A stretch of DNA of 64,000 nt from assembly GCF_036321535.1 (NCBI RefSeq), contig NC_087437.1:113338001-113402000 (forward strand). The letters are read 5' to 3'. The notes below the pieces were generated by a model. That model was not told the DNA's origin and made no database searches. It saw only the letters and a program-made list of their open reading frames with translations. This document shows positions 49,865-62,036 of this stretch, piece by piece (position 1 is the stretch's first letter; every line of letters starts with the position of its first letter). The DNA comes from Camelus dromedarius (taxonomy: Eukaryota). A program made the translations under genes and the position numbers.

Positions 49865-52296
49865 AAAAAACCTTAAGGTGACCAGTGAATTATCTTTGGC
49901 CAGGGCTTAAGAATTTCTTAAATTATGTTTTGGACTCCACACATTTAACCACTGATACACAGCTACCGCTGAGCTCGAAAACTTACATCTGCCATCACAT
50001 TTAGATTCTCCATGGAGGTAAAACTGAGGCTGGAGCAGGACTTGAGAAACACACGGCCTTTGAGTAAGCATTGTCACCCAGAGATACGTCCCCCACATAA
50101 GTAAGCCAGCAAAGCCAGCCGCCAGAGCTTTGTCACACCCCGTGGGTCACCATGGGGTGGACGTGGGGCGGGGATCTGTCGGGCCCAGGGTCGGATGGGC
50201 TCCTGGGGGATCAGCAGGCTGAAGCGCTCCATGTATCTTCCGTCAGGAGCCAGCAGGCTGAGACCGCTTCTGTGGGATCTGGTCTCCCAAGAGCTTGAAG
50301 GGGAGATGTTATTTGCGTAACTCAGTGTGGGCTATGGGTTCAGAAGAAAAATGAGCAAAAAGGCACTTATGCAACTTTAAGTTTTTACCCCCAGTGACAT
50401 TTTTTATACCAAATAATGCTCCCCGACACTAGATGAGTGGTCTCTGCTTTCCCAACTTTGCCCGCTCAGTGCATCCCCCAGCTTCTTGAATCTGGGAGGT
50501 GAAAAAGGATGTCCACTGTCAGTAAACTCACATCTCTTTTAGTACACATGAGGCTGAATTTACTTTTATGTATTTAAAAACCGTTGGTATCAATTTTTCC
50601 GTGACCTGGCTGATTATGTCCGTTGCTCATTTTTCAAGTTGCCCTTTGGTCTTGTTCTTCCTGATTTTTATATTAAGGAAATTAGACATCTGTCTGTCAC
50701 AGGAGTTGTATAAATTTTTATGGGACTCTTTTGACTACTTGGAGTCATTTACCCTTTTAGTCTTGGTGATTTCTGGTCATGGATACTTGGGAAAGCAGAG
50801 CACAGGCCGTGCTAGCACTCTTAGAAACTTCAGCTTCATTTCCTGGAACCTTTAAATGCTCTGTTTTACTTTTTATTCTCTTAACTTCTTAAGTCCTGAG
50901 GGATTAGGTATTTCAAGTCTTGCCTTCCGCCCTTTCTTTTTAATTAGCAGGTTTACATTTTATCAGGCACACATCCTCTCAGGATCAAACTCTTTCTTAC
51001 ATTGTTAGAATTCCTGTTCAAAACTAAGTTTAAAGTGTATAGACAGCAGCATTATTTCACACCCACACTGCTCGACCTGAAAATGTAAGATGGATCACTC
51101 TGATTGTGGCTTGCCATCGACCGAAATGCATTTATTCCCACAAATAAAAACCGTTGTGGAAAGAAATTATCTGTGATGAAGATCACTTCATCAAAGTGTT
51201 GTTTCGGAGGCTGTGTCTCCTGGTTCTTTTTGGGATCCCATCTGCTGAAAGAATTGACTAAAATATACAGAGGTTGATGAGAAATCCTATTGAGCCCAGT
51301 GAATTGCGGAAGCCTACCTGTAGCTCATGTTTAATGGGAGGGAGGATGGAAATACGCAAATATCCAAAGATAGTTTGGAAAGATAATTTTGAAGCTTCGG
51401 AGAGGGTAGCTCTATAGAGAAACAGAGACCGTGCTGATATACACTTACTCAGTCTGGGAGGGAAAGTCTAGTCTTACATGTGAGTGCCAGAAATCATCAG
51501 ATTAAAAAAAATTCTCCATTTTTACCAGTTTTTTGAACTCTACCCCAACTCACTCTTTCTCCTTCCTTCTGTACTTGGTCATCCACCTGAACGCTGCTTC
51601 TTGATATGGGGAGAAGTAAAAGCTGCTTTTCAGCCTTTCAATCCACCAGGTGGTGTTTTGGACCCACTTAGACTACTCACTGTGAATGCTTCTGAGAACC
51701 CACCACACAACAGGCACTGTGTGTGGGGCTGGGGGAGCAGCAGTGACAAGCAGTGAGGAACACAGCCCCTGCCTTTCCGGAACCTTCAGCCTTAGAGGAT
51801 GATCCAGAAGGAAACACTTACAATGCTGCATGAGGAAGGGGAGCTCAGGGGGTGGCTGGGACACGTGGGAAGAGCAGGATGGCAGGCTGGACAGTGACAG
51901 CCAGAAGGAGAGACTTGGCCTCTAGGTCTCCGACAGCGAGGGCCCCGCCCTTCTCCTGTGCTCCCCTCTGCGTGGAAGTCTGTGCTGTGCACAGTGGGTG
52001 GATGAATGAAGGGGACAATATACAAGCACGGCTACCATATCGGGTGGAAAGAACTGGGTGGTTAGTTTTAATGGTGTATTTGGAAGAATGTAAATTTTAT
52101 AATCCCATAAATTATTTCCAACTAAGCCAGCACTGCCTCAGCTGTCAGATTGCATTTACAGACATTGGCTTTTGTCTGAGCCACAAAATTGAAAAACTAT
52201 TAAAGTACAAGGCATGTTAAAAATCATTTTTTAAACTTTTATTTCTATGGTGGGAGACTATGGTAAGGAAAATAGTTGAAGACCAAAATGGGGGAG

Positions 52297-52825
52297 TGAC
52301 ACAGGCCACTCAGTGGTGTTCAGCTGGTGAATGGGATGGGCCCGGGGGTCCAAGACAGCTTCACACACTTGTCTAGTGTCTCGGCAGGATGGCTGCGGGG
52401 CTGAGCTCACCTGGGATTGTCAAACGGAGCACCTACAGGTCGTCCTTCCAGCCTGGTGTCCTCAGGGTGGTCAGTCAACAAGGCAGAAGTTACACAGCCT
52501 TTTATACTGAAGACCACACAGCATCGCCCCCGCCATATTCTACTAGTTACCGAGTATCACAAAGGTCAGTCCAGGTTCAGAGGGAGGAGTCAGACCCACT
52601 TCCCAGTGGGAGGAGGGTCAAAGAGTTTGCAGCCATAACCCACCATACTCTCTGCTTTCAGGGTGCGCTGAAATGCTCAAATCATTCATATATAGATCTG
52701 TGTCTTTACTAACTTGAACCGGTTTAAGAAAATTTTAGCAGTGCCTAAAGCAATGGAGTTATTTTTTTTTTATATTCCGTGATAAGTAGATCAATGTATC
52801 AGCAGTACTTATACAGCAAACCTCA
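52297..52825 (+). repeat. Left arm of an inverted duplication (partial MLT1 LTR in reverse orientation plus unique flank)
   Basis: Reverse complement of 53872-54020 plus 54397-54805. The ORF track shows the same peptide at 52417(+) and 54680(-). Confidence 0.95.
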
Positions 52826-53871
52826 ATTTCATATGATTCCCGTAGAATTCTCCTAACTCTAGTACAGCAGCAAAGAGGGTCTCTCCAGCCCTGATCTGGG
52901 CTGCTTCATATGCCCTTTTTGCAGTCACCTCTTTGTCATCTCTAAGAGGAAGCCATTTATTCTTACAAAAGAGAAGCAATATGTGCTGATTAAGTAGATA
53001 CCAGACTCATTGCCCCCTTTTCGTTTTGGAATGTGCGAGTTTAGAGTCGCCCTGGAGAAGCAAGAGTTGGGTCCCCTTTTTTAAATCTGGGGGATTCTGC
53101 CTTCCGGCCAGTGAGACTGACCCCTGGTGAGAGTGGCCAGCTGCTGGCAGAGGACACCCGCACACATTCTGCCCAGGCTTTATGTTCGCATTTTTCTAAC
53201 CTTCCTGGGGGCTAGGATGCAGCTGTCTGGTGGGAAGATGCTCAGGCACCCAGCCATCCCCCACGAGACCCCCGGCCCACCTCCAGCCACAGTGAGCTGA
53301 GGATGAGGAGTCAGGGCAGGGAGGCCACTGTTCTCTTCCCTGCATGGGGGCACACGAGGGGTTCTGAGGGGCCCTCAGGACAATGGCCACAGGCATGTCC
53401 AAGACAGCCAGCACATCTCAGCTGTCCTGTGCTTTAAAGGTCGCCCAGAATAAGGGTGTTGTTGGAGATCCAGAGACACCAGGCTTTCCCTGTAAATGAG
53501 GAAGATTCACACTTTTTTGTTGCCTTTGGTGTCAGGGCCTTGGACACGGTGAGTTTGAAGAATCTTGGAAAGACTTTATCTCTCTCCAAGGCTGTTCCTT
53601 TTGTTTGAACTCCATCCAGGCTGGATGCCTTCAACTCTGTTCCCGTAAGTGGTCACACAAGATGAAGTTTGGGGTTGCACTCAATGGCTTTTTTGTGTCA
53701 TTTAGCTCTCTGAATGGAGAATTCCATGCTTCAGAACACTCAGAGGTATTGACACATGAGAGAGGGAGGGGGACTTTTTTTGTTAACTGCCATTTTAATG
53801 TTTATATTATGATTATTTGCATCATGAAAAGCAGCAATTAAAGTGACATTGCTCTGTCACTCTCCAGAGAG

Positions 53872-53928
53872 TGAGGTTTGCTGTAATAAGTACATGTGGA
53901 TACACAGCTCTGCTCACCACTGGATAAC

Positions 53929-53960
<32 letters not shown>

Positions 53961-54805
53961 TATTGCTTTAGGCACTGCTAAAATTTTCTTAAACCAGCTC
54001 AAGTTAGTAAAGACACAGATTCATTTATATGTGGAATCTAAAAAAAAGGAAAAAAAACATAAATGAAATTATTTACAGAACAGAGATAGGCTCACAGACA
54101 AAGAAAACAAACTTATGGTTACCGGGTTGGGGGGAAAGGTGGGCAGAGATAAATTGCAAGTTCTGGATTTGTAGATACTAACTACTAGATGTAAAATAGA
54201 TAAACAACAAGGTCCTACTGTAGAGCACAGGGAACTATATTCAATACCTTGTAATAACCTATAATGAAAAAGAATTTGAGAAGGAAAATATATATGTATA
54301 ACTGAATCACTATGCTGTATACCAGAAATTAACACAACATTGTAAATCAACCATACTTCAATTGAAAAAAGTTTAAAAATAAAAGTTAATAAAAATAAAG
54401 ACACAAATAAATGATTTGAGCATTTTGGCACCCCCTGAAAGCAGAGAGTGTGGTGAGTTATGGCTGCAAACTCTTTGACCCTCCTCCCACTGGGAAGTGG
54501 GGTCTGACTCCTCCCTCTGAACCTGGACTGACCTTTGTGATACTCAGTAACTAGTAGAATATGGCGGGGGCGATGCTGTGTGGTTTTCAGTATAAAAGGC
54601 TGTGTAACTTCTGCCTTGTTGACTGACCACCCTGAGGACACCAGGCTGGAAGGACGACCTGTAGGTGCTCCGTTTGACAATCCCAGCTGAGCTCAGCCCC
54701 GCAGCCACCCTGCCGAGACACTAGACAAGTGTGTGAAGCTGTCTCGGACCCCTGGGCCCAGCCAATTCACCAGCTGAACACCACTGAGTGAGCTTGTCAG
54801 TGTCA
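53872..54805 (-). repeat. Right arm of the inverted duplication, interrupted by an L1 fragment
   Basis: Manual alignment to the left arm gives ~15 differences over ~370 bp in the core. Confidence 0.95.
54021..54396 (+). mobile_element. 5'-truncated L1 3' end with 12-bp TSD
   Basis: L1 3'UTR motifs (atgtggaatctaaaa, cagggaactatattcaatacc, tatgctgtataccagaaattaacacaacattgtaaat) and an A-rich tail. TSD AAAGACACAGAT 54009-54020 / AAAGACACAAAT 54397-54408. Confidence 0.9.
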
Positions 54806-54939
54806 CATGAAGCAGAAGGATCATCTAGTTAAGCCTTTTCCAAACTCCTGATTTACAAAGTCATGAGATAGAATAAAACAGACCATTTAGGCTGCTAAAT
54901 TTGGAGTGACTTGTTCTTGGGCGATAGGTAACCGGGACA
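54449..54939 (+). mobile_element. MaLR solo LTR (MLT1G/H-like), near full length
   Basis: Starts TGTGGT..ATGGCTGCAAACTCTTTGACCCTCCTCCC, has AATAAA, and ends ..TTGGAGTGACTTGTT..GGTAACCGGGACA. Confidence 0.75.
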
Positions 54940-56188
54940 TGTGGTTTATGGCTCTTCTAAGCTGGTGAAATCTGGGTGGGCGAGAAGATGGTCAAGGGGA
55001 GAGGTGCAGAGTGGGTTAAGGCGGTTCCAAGGGGGAGTGGAGGGGTGCAGTGCAGATGAAAAGAGGGCATGCGACCCCTTCTTCTGTTTGGTGGACCTAT
55101 TTTTCCCTTTGGAGTCCCTATAAGAAATGGAATACTCTCAGTCATTCAAGAACGTAAACCACCAGGGTATAGAAAAACAGGCTGCGTTATTAAGCTGGCT
55201 TTCCAGAACAAGATGTTCCTTTGTTGTAATAATTCCTTGTGAGAATTTTACAAGGAAATAAGCTTTTCGTTTCTATGGAAAAGGTTCAGTTGGTATCAGG
55301 CCATATTATTAAATACGGATTAAAAATAGCCCTGGAGTTTTTAAAGCATAATTCCTATAGGAGGCTAAATAGCGAGTTTCCATTTTGTTCATCCACGTAC
55401 TTCTTCTGACTTGATTCCACCCACTGAGACAACGAACATCAGCATAACTAAGCCGTGGGCCAGAATTTAAAGCTAAGAGCAGTTGGGTTCAGTGATGAAG
55501 CTACGTGGGTCACGGGCGGTCAGCCACCTAATCCAGCTAATAATACACTGATTGTTACACAACAGTTAAAAAGAATGAATACTGTACATACTTGGGAATG
55601 TATTTTGGATTCGTAGGCTTTTTGAAAAGTTCAGATCTATGTTTCAAAGTTGCAAGATCTAAAATGTATTTTCTCAGGATCTAAGTGTAGTGATGGATGA
55701 AATTGTCCCTAAGCTCTAAGGTTATGGAGGAGGGAGAAGCATATTTCAAGATAGAGCATAATCCCCTCTGTGGCCTGGACCCAGGACCCTAATGAACACA
55801 TTTTACCGATAAAGTGCAGACAGCGAGCATAGCTTTCCGCTCCACTGGGAGGAAAATGGCCTGAACCACTGGTTGGGTGTGGAGACGAAGTCCACCTAGA
55901 AAATTCTATCAACTGTGTGGGCATTTACTTCTTTAAGAAAAAAATACTCAATTTTTCTTTTTTAAAAATAGGCCTTGCTGCCCTTAGGATACCTTTTTCC
56001 TTTACAGACTTCCAGGAAGTGCGATGTGTGATGTTTGTGCCATAGGATGCGCTAGTGTAACGACAATAAACAAAACCAACAAAGATATGAAAACGAGGCC
56101 CACGGGGGGGTTCAGTTCTTATTCCTCAAGGAGCCTTAACTTCTGGCACCAGGTTTTGTTGATTGTGGCGACCTCGTTGGCTCGTTTG

Positions 56189-56206
56189 CTCCACTAGAGG
56201 GCGGAA
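56189..56206 (+). promoter_or_regulatory. CTCF motif (forward)
   Basis: CTCCACTAGAGGGCGGAA, in a locally CpG-retaining patch. Confidence 0.65.
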
Positions 56207-57531
56207 GAGGGGAGAGAAGGGAACGCAGGCCCAGCTGGGTGGTTTCCTGTCCAGTTAGCATTCCCTGTCCTTGCAGAAAAGTTAAAGAAACCAGGAAGAT
56301 TTACACTGTAGTCACGCGATGGTACGGCTGGAGCCACTGGCCTTTTTACCTGCAAGCAGACTGGTACAGCCTAACCCTTGGCAGTCACCCTGGGACCATA
56401 GTGGGTGGGAGTACGGGAGTCCAGCTTTCTGTTCACCTGCCCATGGACTTTTCCCTCCCAACCGCTCCCCTGCACCCCACATGGCTCCATCCTGCCCTAA
56501 CCAAGAGGTGGGGATAAGACCAGTGTGGATTCCAACTTTGCTGGCACAGACCATAGAGGAAGAAGGGAGAAGACACTGTTGGCTGAGAAGAGCTTGGGTG
56601 GAGGGTGCCCGGAGAAAGATCATCGGACCCCAGTAAGTGGCATCTCATGACTGTGATTCCCTTCAGTCTCTACGGGAGACTCACAAGTAGAATTCAAGAA
56701 TTTGAGCTGAGATACCAATTTCTGATGGCGACCATGTCAGAATCTCCCCAAAGGAAGAAACTTCCTTGCATTTCAGAAATTGTGAAATTAGTTAAGAATT
56801 GAGCACATGAGGGACTCTTGTCACATTTCTACTGGTTTTTCCTCATGTTCTCTCTGTCACCCACTTAAAGGATTCATATATGCTCATGGAACACTGCTCC
56901 GCTAATTTTGTGGTTGATCGAACATTTGTACAAAAGTTATTCCTTTTCCTAAACTCCATACTTATTTTTTTTTAATTCTCTGATTTTCTTGCTTTTGAAG
57001 CTTAAGGCCAACTTTTCCGATGTTACACACAATGTGATTTTATGTACTCCTGCCCCTCCTGTCCCATCCACCATGTGTCCTCTCTCCTCTCCTGGTTCTT
57101 CAATGAGAGTCCCAGAAATAATTTATACATTTTCAATTGTTATTTTCCTATCATGAGCAAAACATGCACAAGTCAGCTGCTGATCTCAAACCGAGATGCG
57201 TTAGTAAAGGCACTACTGTCCAGGTCCCAATTATGTTTGGGACCCGGTTGTTGCAGGGCCCAGGACCCAGGAAGACCAGGCTCTCTTTGGGTAGTTTTTC
57301 CATGGGGTCTAAAGGGAGCCATAGGTATGGAGACCACGGCGTTCTGGTCTTTCCAGGACTTTCCTCATTTTAAAACTCAGAATCCTAGGTAACAGGGAAC
57401 CTGAGTCCCAGGCAAACTGGGAAGGTTTCGCCTTCTATAGGGCCTGAAAACTAAATGTAACGTTTTCCACCAGACCCTAATGAGGGATGGGTGTGAAAAG
57501 GGAAGGTGGTAAGTCGGAAAATGCATCTCAA

Positions 57532-57549
57532 GACCACTAGGGGGAGCCA
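57532..57549 (+). promoter_or_regulatory. CTCF motif (forward)
   Basis: GACCACTAGGGGGAGCCA. Confidence 0.55.
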
Positions 57550-58132
57550 ACAACCTCTTGAAGCCGTTAAGCGGCTTGACGCTATTAAGCCCTTTTGAGA
57601 AGAGAGATTCTGAAAACCCAGTAAGGAACCAAGATTAGAAAGAGCAAAATGTCATGGGTGGACCCCTCATCCTCTTGAGAGGATGGTCTGTGATTGTGCC
57701 CTGTTCGACTTCTGGCCAGATGGCTCCTCACATCAGTCTTACCAAATTAAAACACTGAGGGAAAAAATATAGCCCACGAGTCAAGTAGAAAGCTATGTCC
57801 CAGGCTTGTCTGCCAGAGGCTGTGGCCCCAGAGGTGATGTGGACGAGCAAGTGGGCCTCCCCATAATTCGAGCCTAAAAGGTTATTGTGGTTCCCAAGTC
57901 TGCATAGAGGAGCAGTGGTCTTGACTCGGCTCTGGTGGGCTCAGTACAGAGCTTCCTCAGATGACAACCATGCTTGGTGTCCATGACCAATCCCTGACAA
58001 ATGAGGAGAGGCTCATGTGGGAAGTTTCTGGGAATAAGCTAAGGGCTGCCTGCTCCAGCGTTTGTCCCTCTGTGTGACTGATGCAAACCATCTTAAGAAA
58101 AGGTTTGGGACTCCTTTATTGGAATCATCAAC

Positions 58133-58610
58133 TGTATTAGCTTCCTGTTGCTGCTGTAACAAATGACCCCACACTTGGTGGTTTAAAACAACTCACATTT
58201 AGTATTTTACAGTTCCATCAGTCAGAAGTTGGACACAGGTCTCACTGGGCTAAAATTAAGGCAGCAGCGGGCCTCCATTTCTTTCTGGAGGCTCTGGGGG
58301 ATGATCCACGCTGTGGCCTTTTCCAGCTTCTACAGGGCACCTGCATTCCTTGGTTCATCGCCCCCTCCCTCCATCTTCAAAGTCAAGCCTTCCCTGACCA
58401 CAGAGGGGAAAAGGTCCTTACTCCTCAGGATATCCGCATGTGATCAGACTGGGCCCACCTGGCAATCCGGGATCGTCTCCCCATCTCAAAGCCATCACCT
58501 TGATCCCATCTGCAAAGTCCTCTTTAGCCATGGAAGGTAACATACTCACAGGCGCTGAGTTATTAGGATGTGGACATCTTTGAGGCACTGAGGTTCTGCC
58601 TACTTACCAG
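58133..58610 (-). mobile_element. MaLR LTR (MLT1D/E-like)
   Basis: tgtattagcttcctgttgctgctgtaacaaatgacc, catctgcaaagtcc, taggatgtggacatctttg. Confidence 0.8.
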
Positions 58611-59569
58611 CAAATAGTCTTCACAAAGATCTTGTTCTTTCACATTCTGTCACTGTCACCCCAGGCCGTGGCTAGAGTGAGTTGTGCTCAAGTGTCAACC
58701 TACTTGGAAAGTTAATTGGTGGTTATTTCCCTGGCTGCTTCTGAGATTGCCCCATGGTCCTTAACCAGTGCCTTCTCAGGCTCTGAAATGAGAAGGGCAA
58801 GTCCAAAACATCTTTTTTCTACAGCAGGCAATGGTCTTGCTTCCTCTCAACATCCTTTGGATGCTCTATTAAAAGCTATTTAGGGCCAAGGTCAGGCATT
58901 TGGTTCTACCTGCCTTGAAAAAAATCCCTGACCCAAACTCTTTTGGCCCTGTGACAGAGAACATGGTACCCGGGCTGTGAGGAACGGGATGAGAGCAGAT
59001 TCGACAGGATCTTTCAAGGAGCACTTTGGCCCCGCGTCTCCTGCTGGAAAGGGGTGGGCTGTCCTCACAGCTTTGCAGGACTCACCAGATTTTGCAGGTG
59101 ATGCCAGCCCTGCGTGGCTGTGTGTGTCTGGGGAGGGGGCGCTGCGCTGTCAATCAGGTAGAAGGACCATTTGTACTCCAAGTGTGGGGATGGGAGATGC
59201 GATGTCAAGCTCATCGTCACCCTGACTTCTGGCAAAAGTTTCCTAGAGAGGGAACAGAATATGGAGCACATGGCCAGAGGCCCCTTCCACCCAGCCCACT
59301 TGGCCACCACCGTTGTCCCCCAGGGCTGTAAAATGTCCCAACCACTATACAGGGCACTTTGTACTTCCACTTGCCTCTGATACATGTTCTCTTATTATTC
59401 TGGATTCTTGCAAGCCGCCTCCAGTCCTTGCTGAAAGGAGGTGGGGGTAAAACAAACAAGCAGACAACCCCGCTAATGCCCTTTACTCTGAGGAAAGGCT
59501 CTGCTGGAGCTGGAGCCTCTCCATTTGCACATGGGCCAGTGTCCAGAGTGGGATGAAGACGATGGACTG

Positions 59570-59770
59570 TAGCTGACTCCTCGGTTCAAAGCCTGCTGTG
59601 TGACCTTGGGCAGGTTACTTGACCTCTCTGTCTGTTTTCTCACCTGTAAATGGAGATAGTAATAGATCTACATCTGATAAGGTTGCTGTCAGGATGTATT
59701 GATTTAATATAAGTAGAGTGTTTAGTGCTTTGACTGGTAAAGGGTAAATGCTGTGTGTTAATTGCTACCA
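59570..59770 (+). mobile_element. MIR SINE
   Basis: ctgtgtgaccttgggcaggttacttgacctctctg..ctcacctgtaaatggagatagtaata. Confidence 0.8.
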
Positions 59771-60884
59771 TCGACATCATCATCATTATTTCACAACATA
59801 GCCGTTTGGTTCATAAGGATGTTTGTAAAAGACAGATCTGGAATCTGTGACCTTGTTGAGGTCTTGGGTGAACTCTTTGGAAAAGATGCATCTACTTACG
59901 TGTCTTCTTTTTAGAATAAGAGGTAGGAGCTGAGTTCTAAGGTGACATTTCCTAATCATCCTGCTCTTTCCACCTTTTAAATTCCTCAGAGGAGGCAGAC
60001 ACTCAAGCGCGCCAGGATTTCTCCCAGCTGCTGACTTGAGGACACCTGGAAGATACTCGCATTTCACTAGGACAGAAATTCTTGCTTTTCTTTTTAATCC
60101 AAGGGGTAACATGGAGGCTCAAAGATAAATAGTGGCCTTTGTTGAGATCGAGTTAAGATTTTAGGATGAGCAGTTCGTGGTTTCCAGCCCATTCGTGTGG
60201 TGCCCTTTGGTCTGGAGTGTCCGTCACACCCAGAGATGAGCTCTTCTGGGATGGGTTTTTTCTCCTGAAATGTACCACCAATTTTTTTTTTTTAAATTTT
60301 CATTATTTTATTTCTGAGATCTCAGTGAGATTCTACCCCCTCAACTGATGGTTATGACTGTTAATCTTACTAAATCATTATGCAAATATATGTCTTTGTG
60401 CATTACAATTAAAAAAAATCAGTTCTTTATTGACGGTACTCGAGTAAGGTAGATAATCTTATAAGAAAAACAAAACGAAACAGAAACAATCTCCAAATCA
60501 AGCAAGAATAGCAAAAAGAATTTAAGGTTTTCATCCTCCACCTTAAGAAGAAGATGAAGGCGCTTCGTCGACCTCCCCTTTTGCTGGTGTTCAGCTCTTG
60601 GGCCCCCCTTAGTTTTCTGAACCAAGCACCACTAATGGGACATAGGAAGTTGAAACACATCAAAGTGTGGGCAGATGAGTCTCAGCTTCCCTATGTGGGT
60701 ATGTTTTGATTTCATTTCAATTTACTTATTTTCTCAATTGCCTGGAGTTTCAGAGGCTGACCCTGAGAGTGCAAAAGCTCTTGACTGAAATGCTAAATGA
60801 CTTTCCAGTGGCTACGGTTTAACATGGGCTGGTAGCCAACCTCCATGGTGTCCGTGATGAAGGACAGTTTACCTATTAATTACA

Positions 60885-61545
60885 TTTAAATGTTTTTAGT
60901 TTTCATTTTTATTTATTTTAAGCATTTTTTATTGAGGCATAATTAACCTACATTATGTTAGCTTCAGGTGTGCAACATACTGATTCGATATTGGTACGTA
61001 TTTTGAAATGATCACACCAGTAAGTGTCGTTAACATCCATCACTGCACACAGTTACATTTTTTCTTTCTTGTGGTGAGAACTTTTAAGATCTTAGCAACT
61101 TTTAAATATACGATATAGCATTATTAAGTATAGTTGCCATGCTGTATGTTACTTTCCAATGACTTATTTATTTTGTAACTGAAAGTTTGTACCCTCTGTC
61201 CCCCTTCACCCATTTTGCTTCCCCACCTCTGGGCAACCACCAATAATCTGTCCTCTGTATCTATGAGCTTAGTTTTTTGGTTTATTTTTGTTGATTCCAC
61301 ATATAAGTGAGATCATATATTAGTCTTTTTCTGCCCTCAAAGGCCCTGAAAGCCCACCCATTTTATCACTGATGGCACGATTTCAGTCTTTTTAAATAAG
61401 TGAATAATAGTCTATTGTGTATCTATACACATTTTCTTTATCCACTCATCCATCATTGGACACTTGGTTGTTTCCATATCTTGGCTATTAAAAATAATGC
61501 TGCAATGAACGTGGGGGTGTATATATCTTTTCAAGGTGGTGTTTT
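60885..61545 (-). mobile_element. L1 (L1MA-like) 3' end
   Basis: gattccacatataagtgagatcata, ggacacttggttgtttccatatcttggctatt. Confidence 0.85.
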
Positions 61546-61939
61546 TGTGTCTGTCACACCCAGAGATGGGCAATTCTGGGGACATTTGCTACCTGAACTG
61601 CACCATCGATTTTAACTTCTCTTTTCTGAAGGTGGCCTGAGAGTCAGGAGGGGAAAGGCTGTTCCCGCATGAGCTGGCTCTGAGTAATCTGGGGAGTTTT
61701 CTAGGCTTGTCTTAAATTCCCGCCTCACTCTTTGTTCATCAGTTCTGCCTCCTGGAGAGCTGATATTTCCATCTCCTTAGCATTCAAGAGATTGGCTACC
61801 TAACCCAGTCCTTCAGGTAGGTTAATTCACTGATGTTCTGGTTAAGGAGGAGCAAAGTCTCACTTCTAGGTTACCTATGAGGATGTTAATAATGTTTTTG
61901 ATCCTCTCAAAAAATAAAGCTCTCAGTGGGGCAGACAAT

Positions 61940-62036
61940 AAGGTGACCAGCCGTCCCACCTTGCCTGAGACTTAGTGGCCTGATGAGGGGTTTCCATCTT
62001 TAAAATCAGCACAGACCCAGGCAAACAAGGTCACCC
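61940..62036. mobile_element. hAT-Blackjack MITE (MER81/MER94-like)
   Basis: AGGTGACCAGCCGTCCC..ttgcctgagact..ccaggcaaac..GGTCACCC ends. Confidence 0.55.

Noticed and set aside
54069..54680. 203-aa ORF sharing its N-terminus with the ORF at 52417
   Set aside because: Chance reading frame through an LTR and antisense L1; the shared peptide only reflects the inverted duplication.
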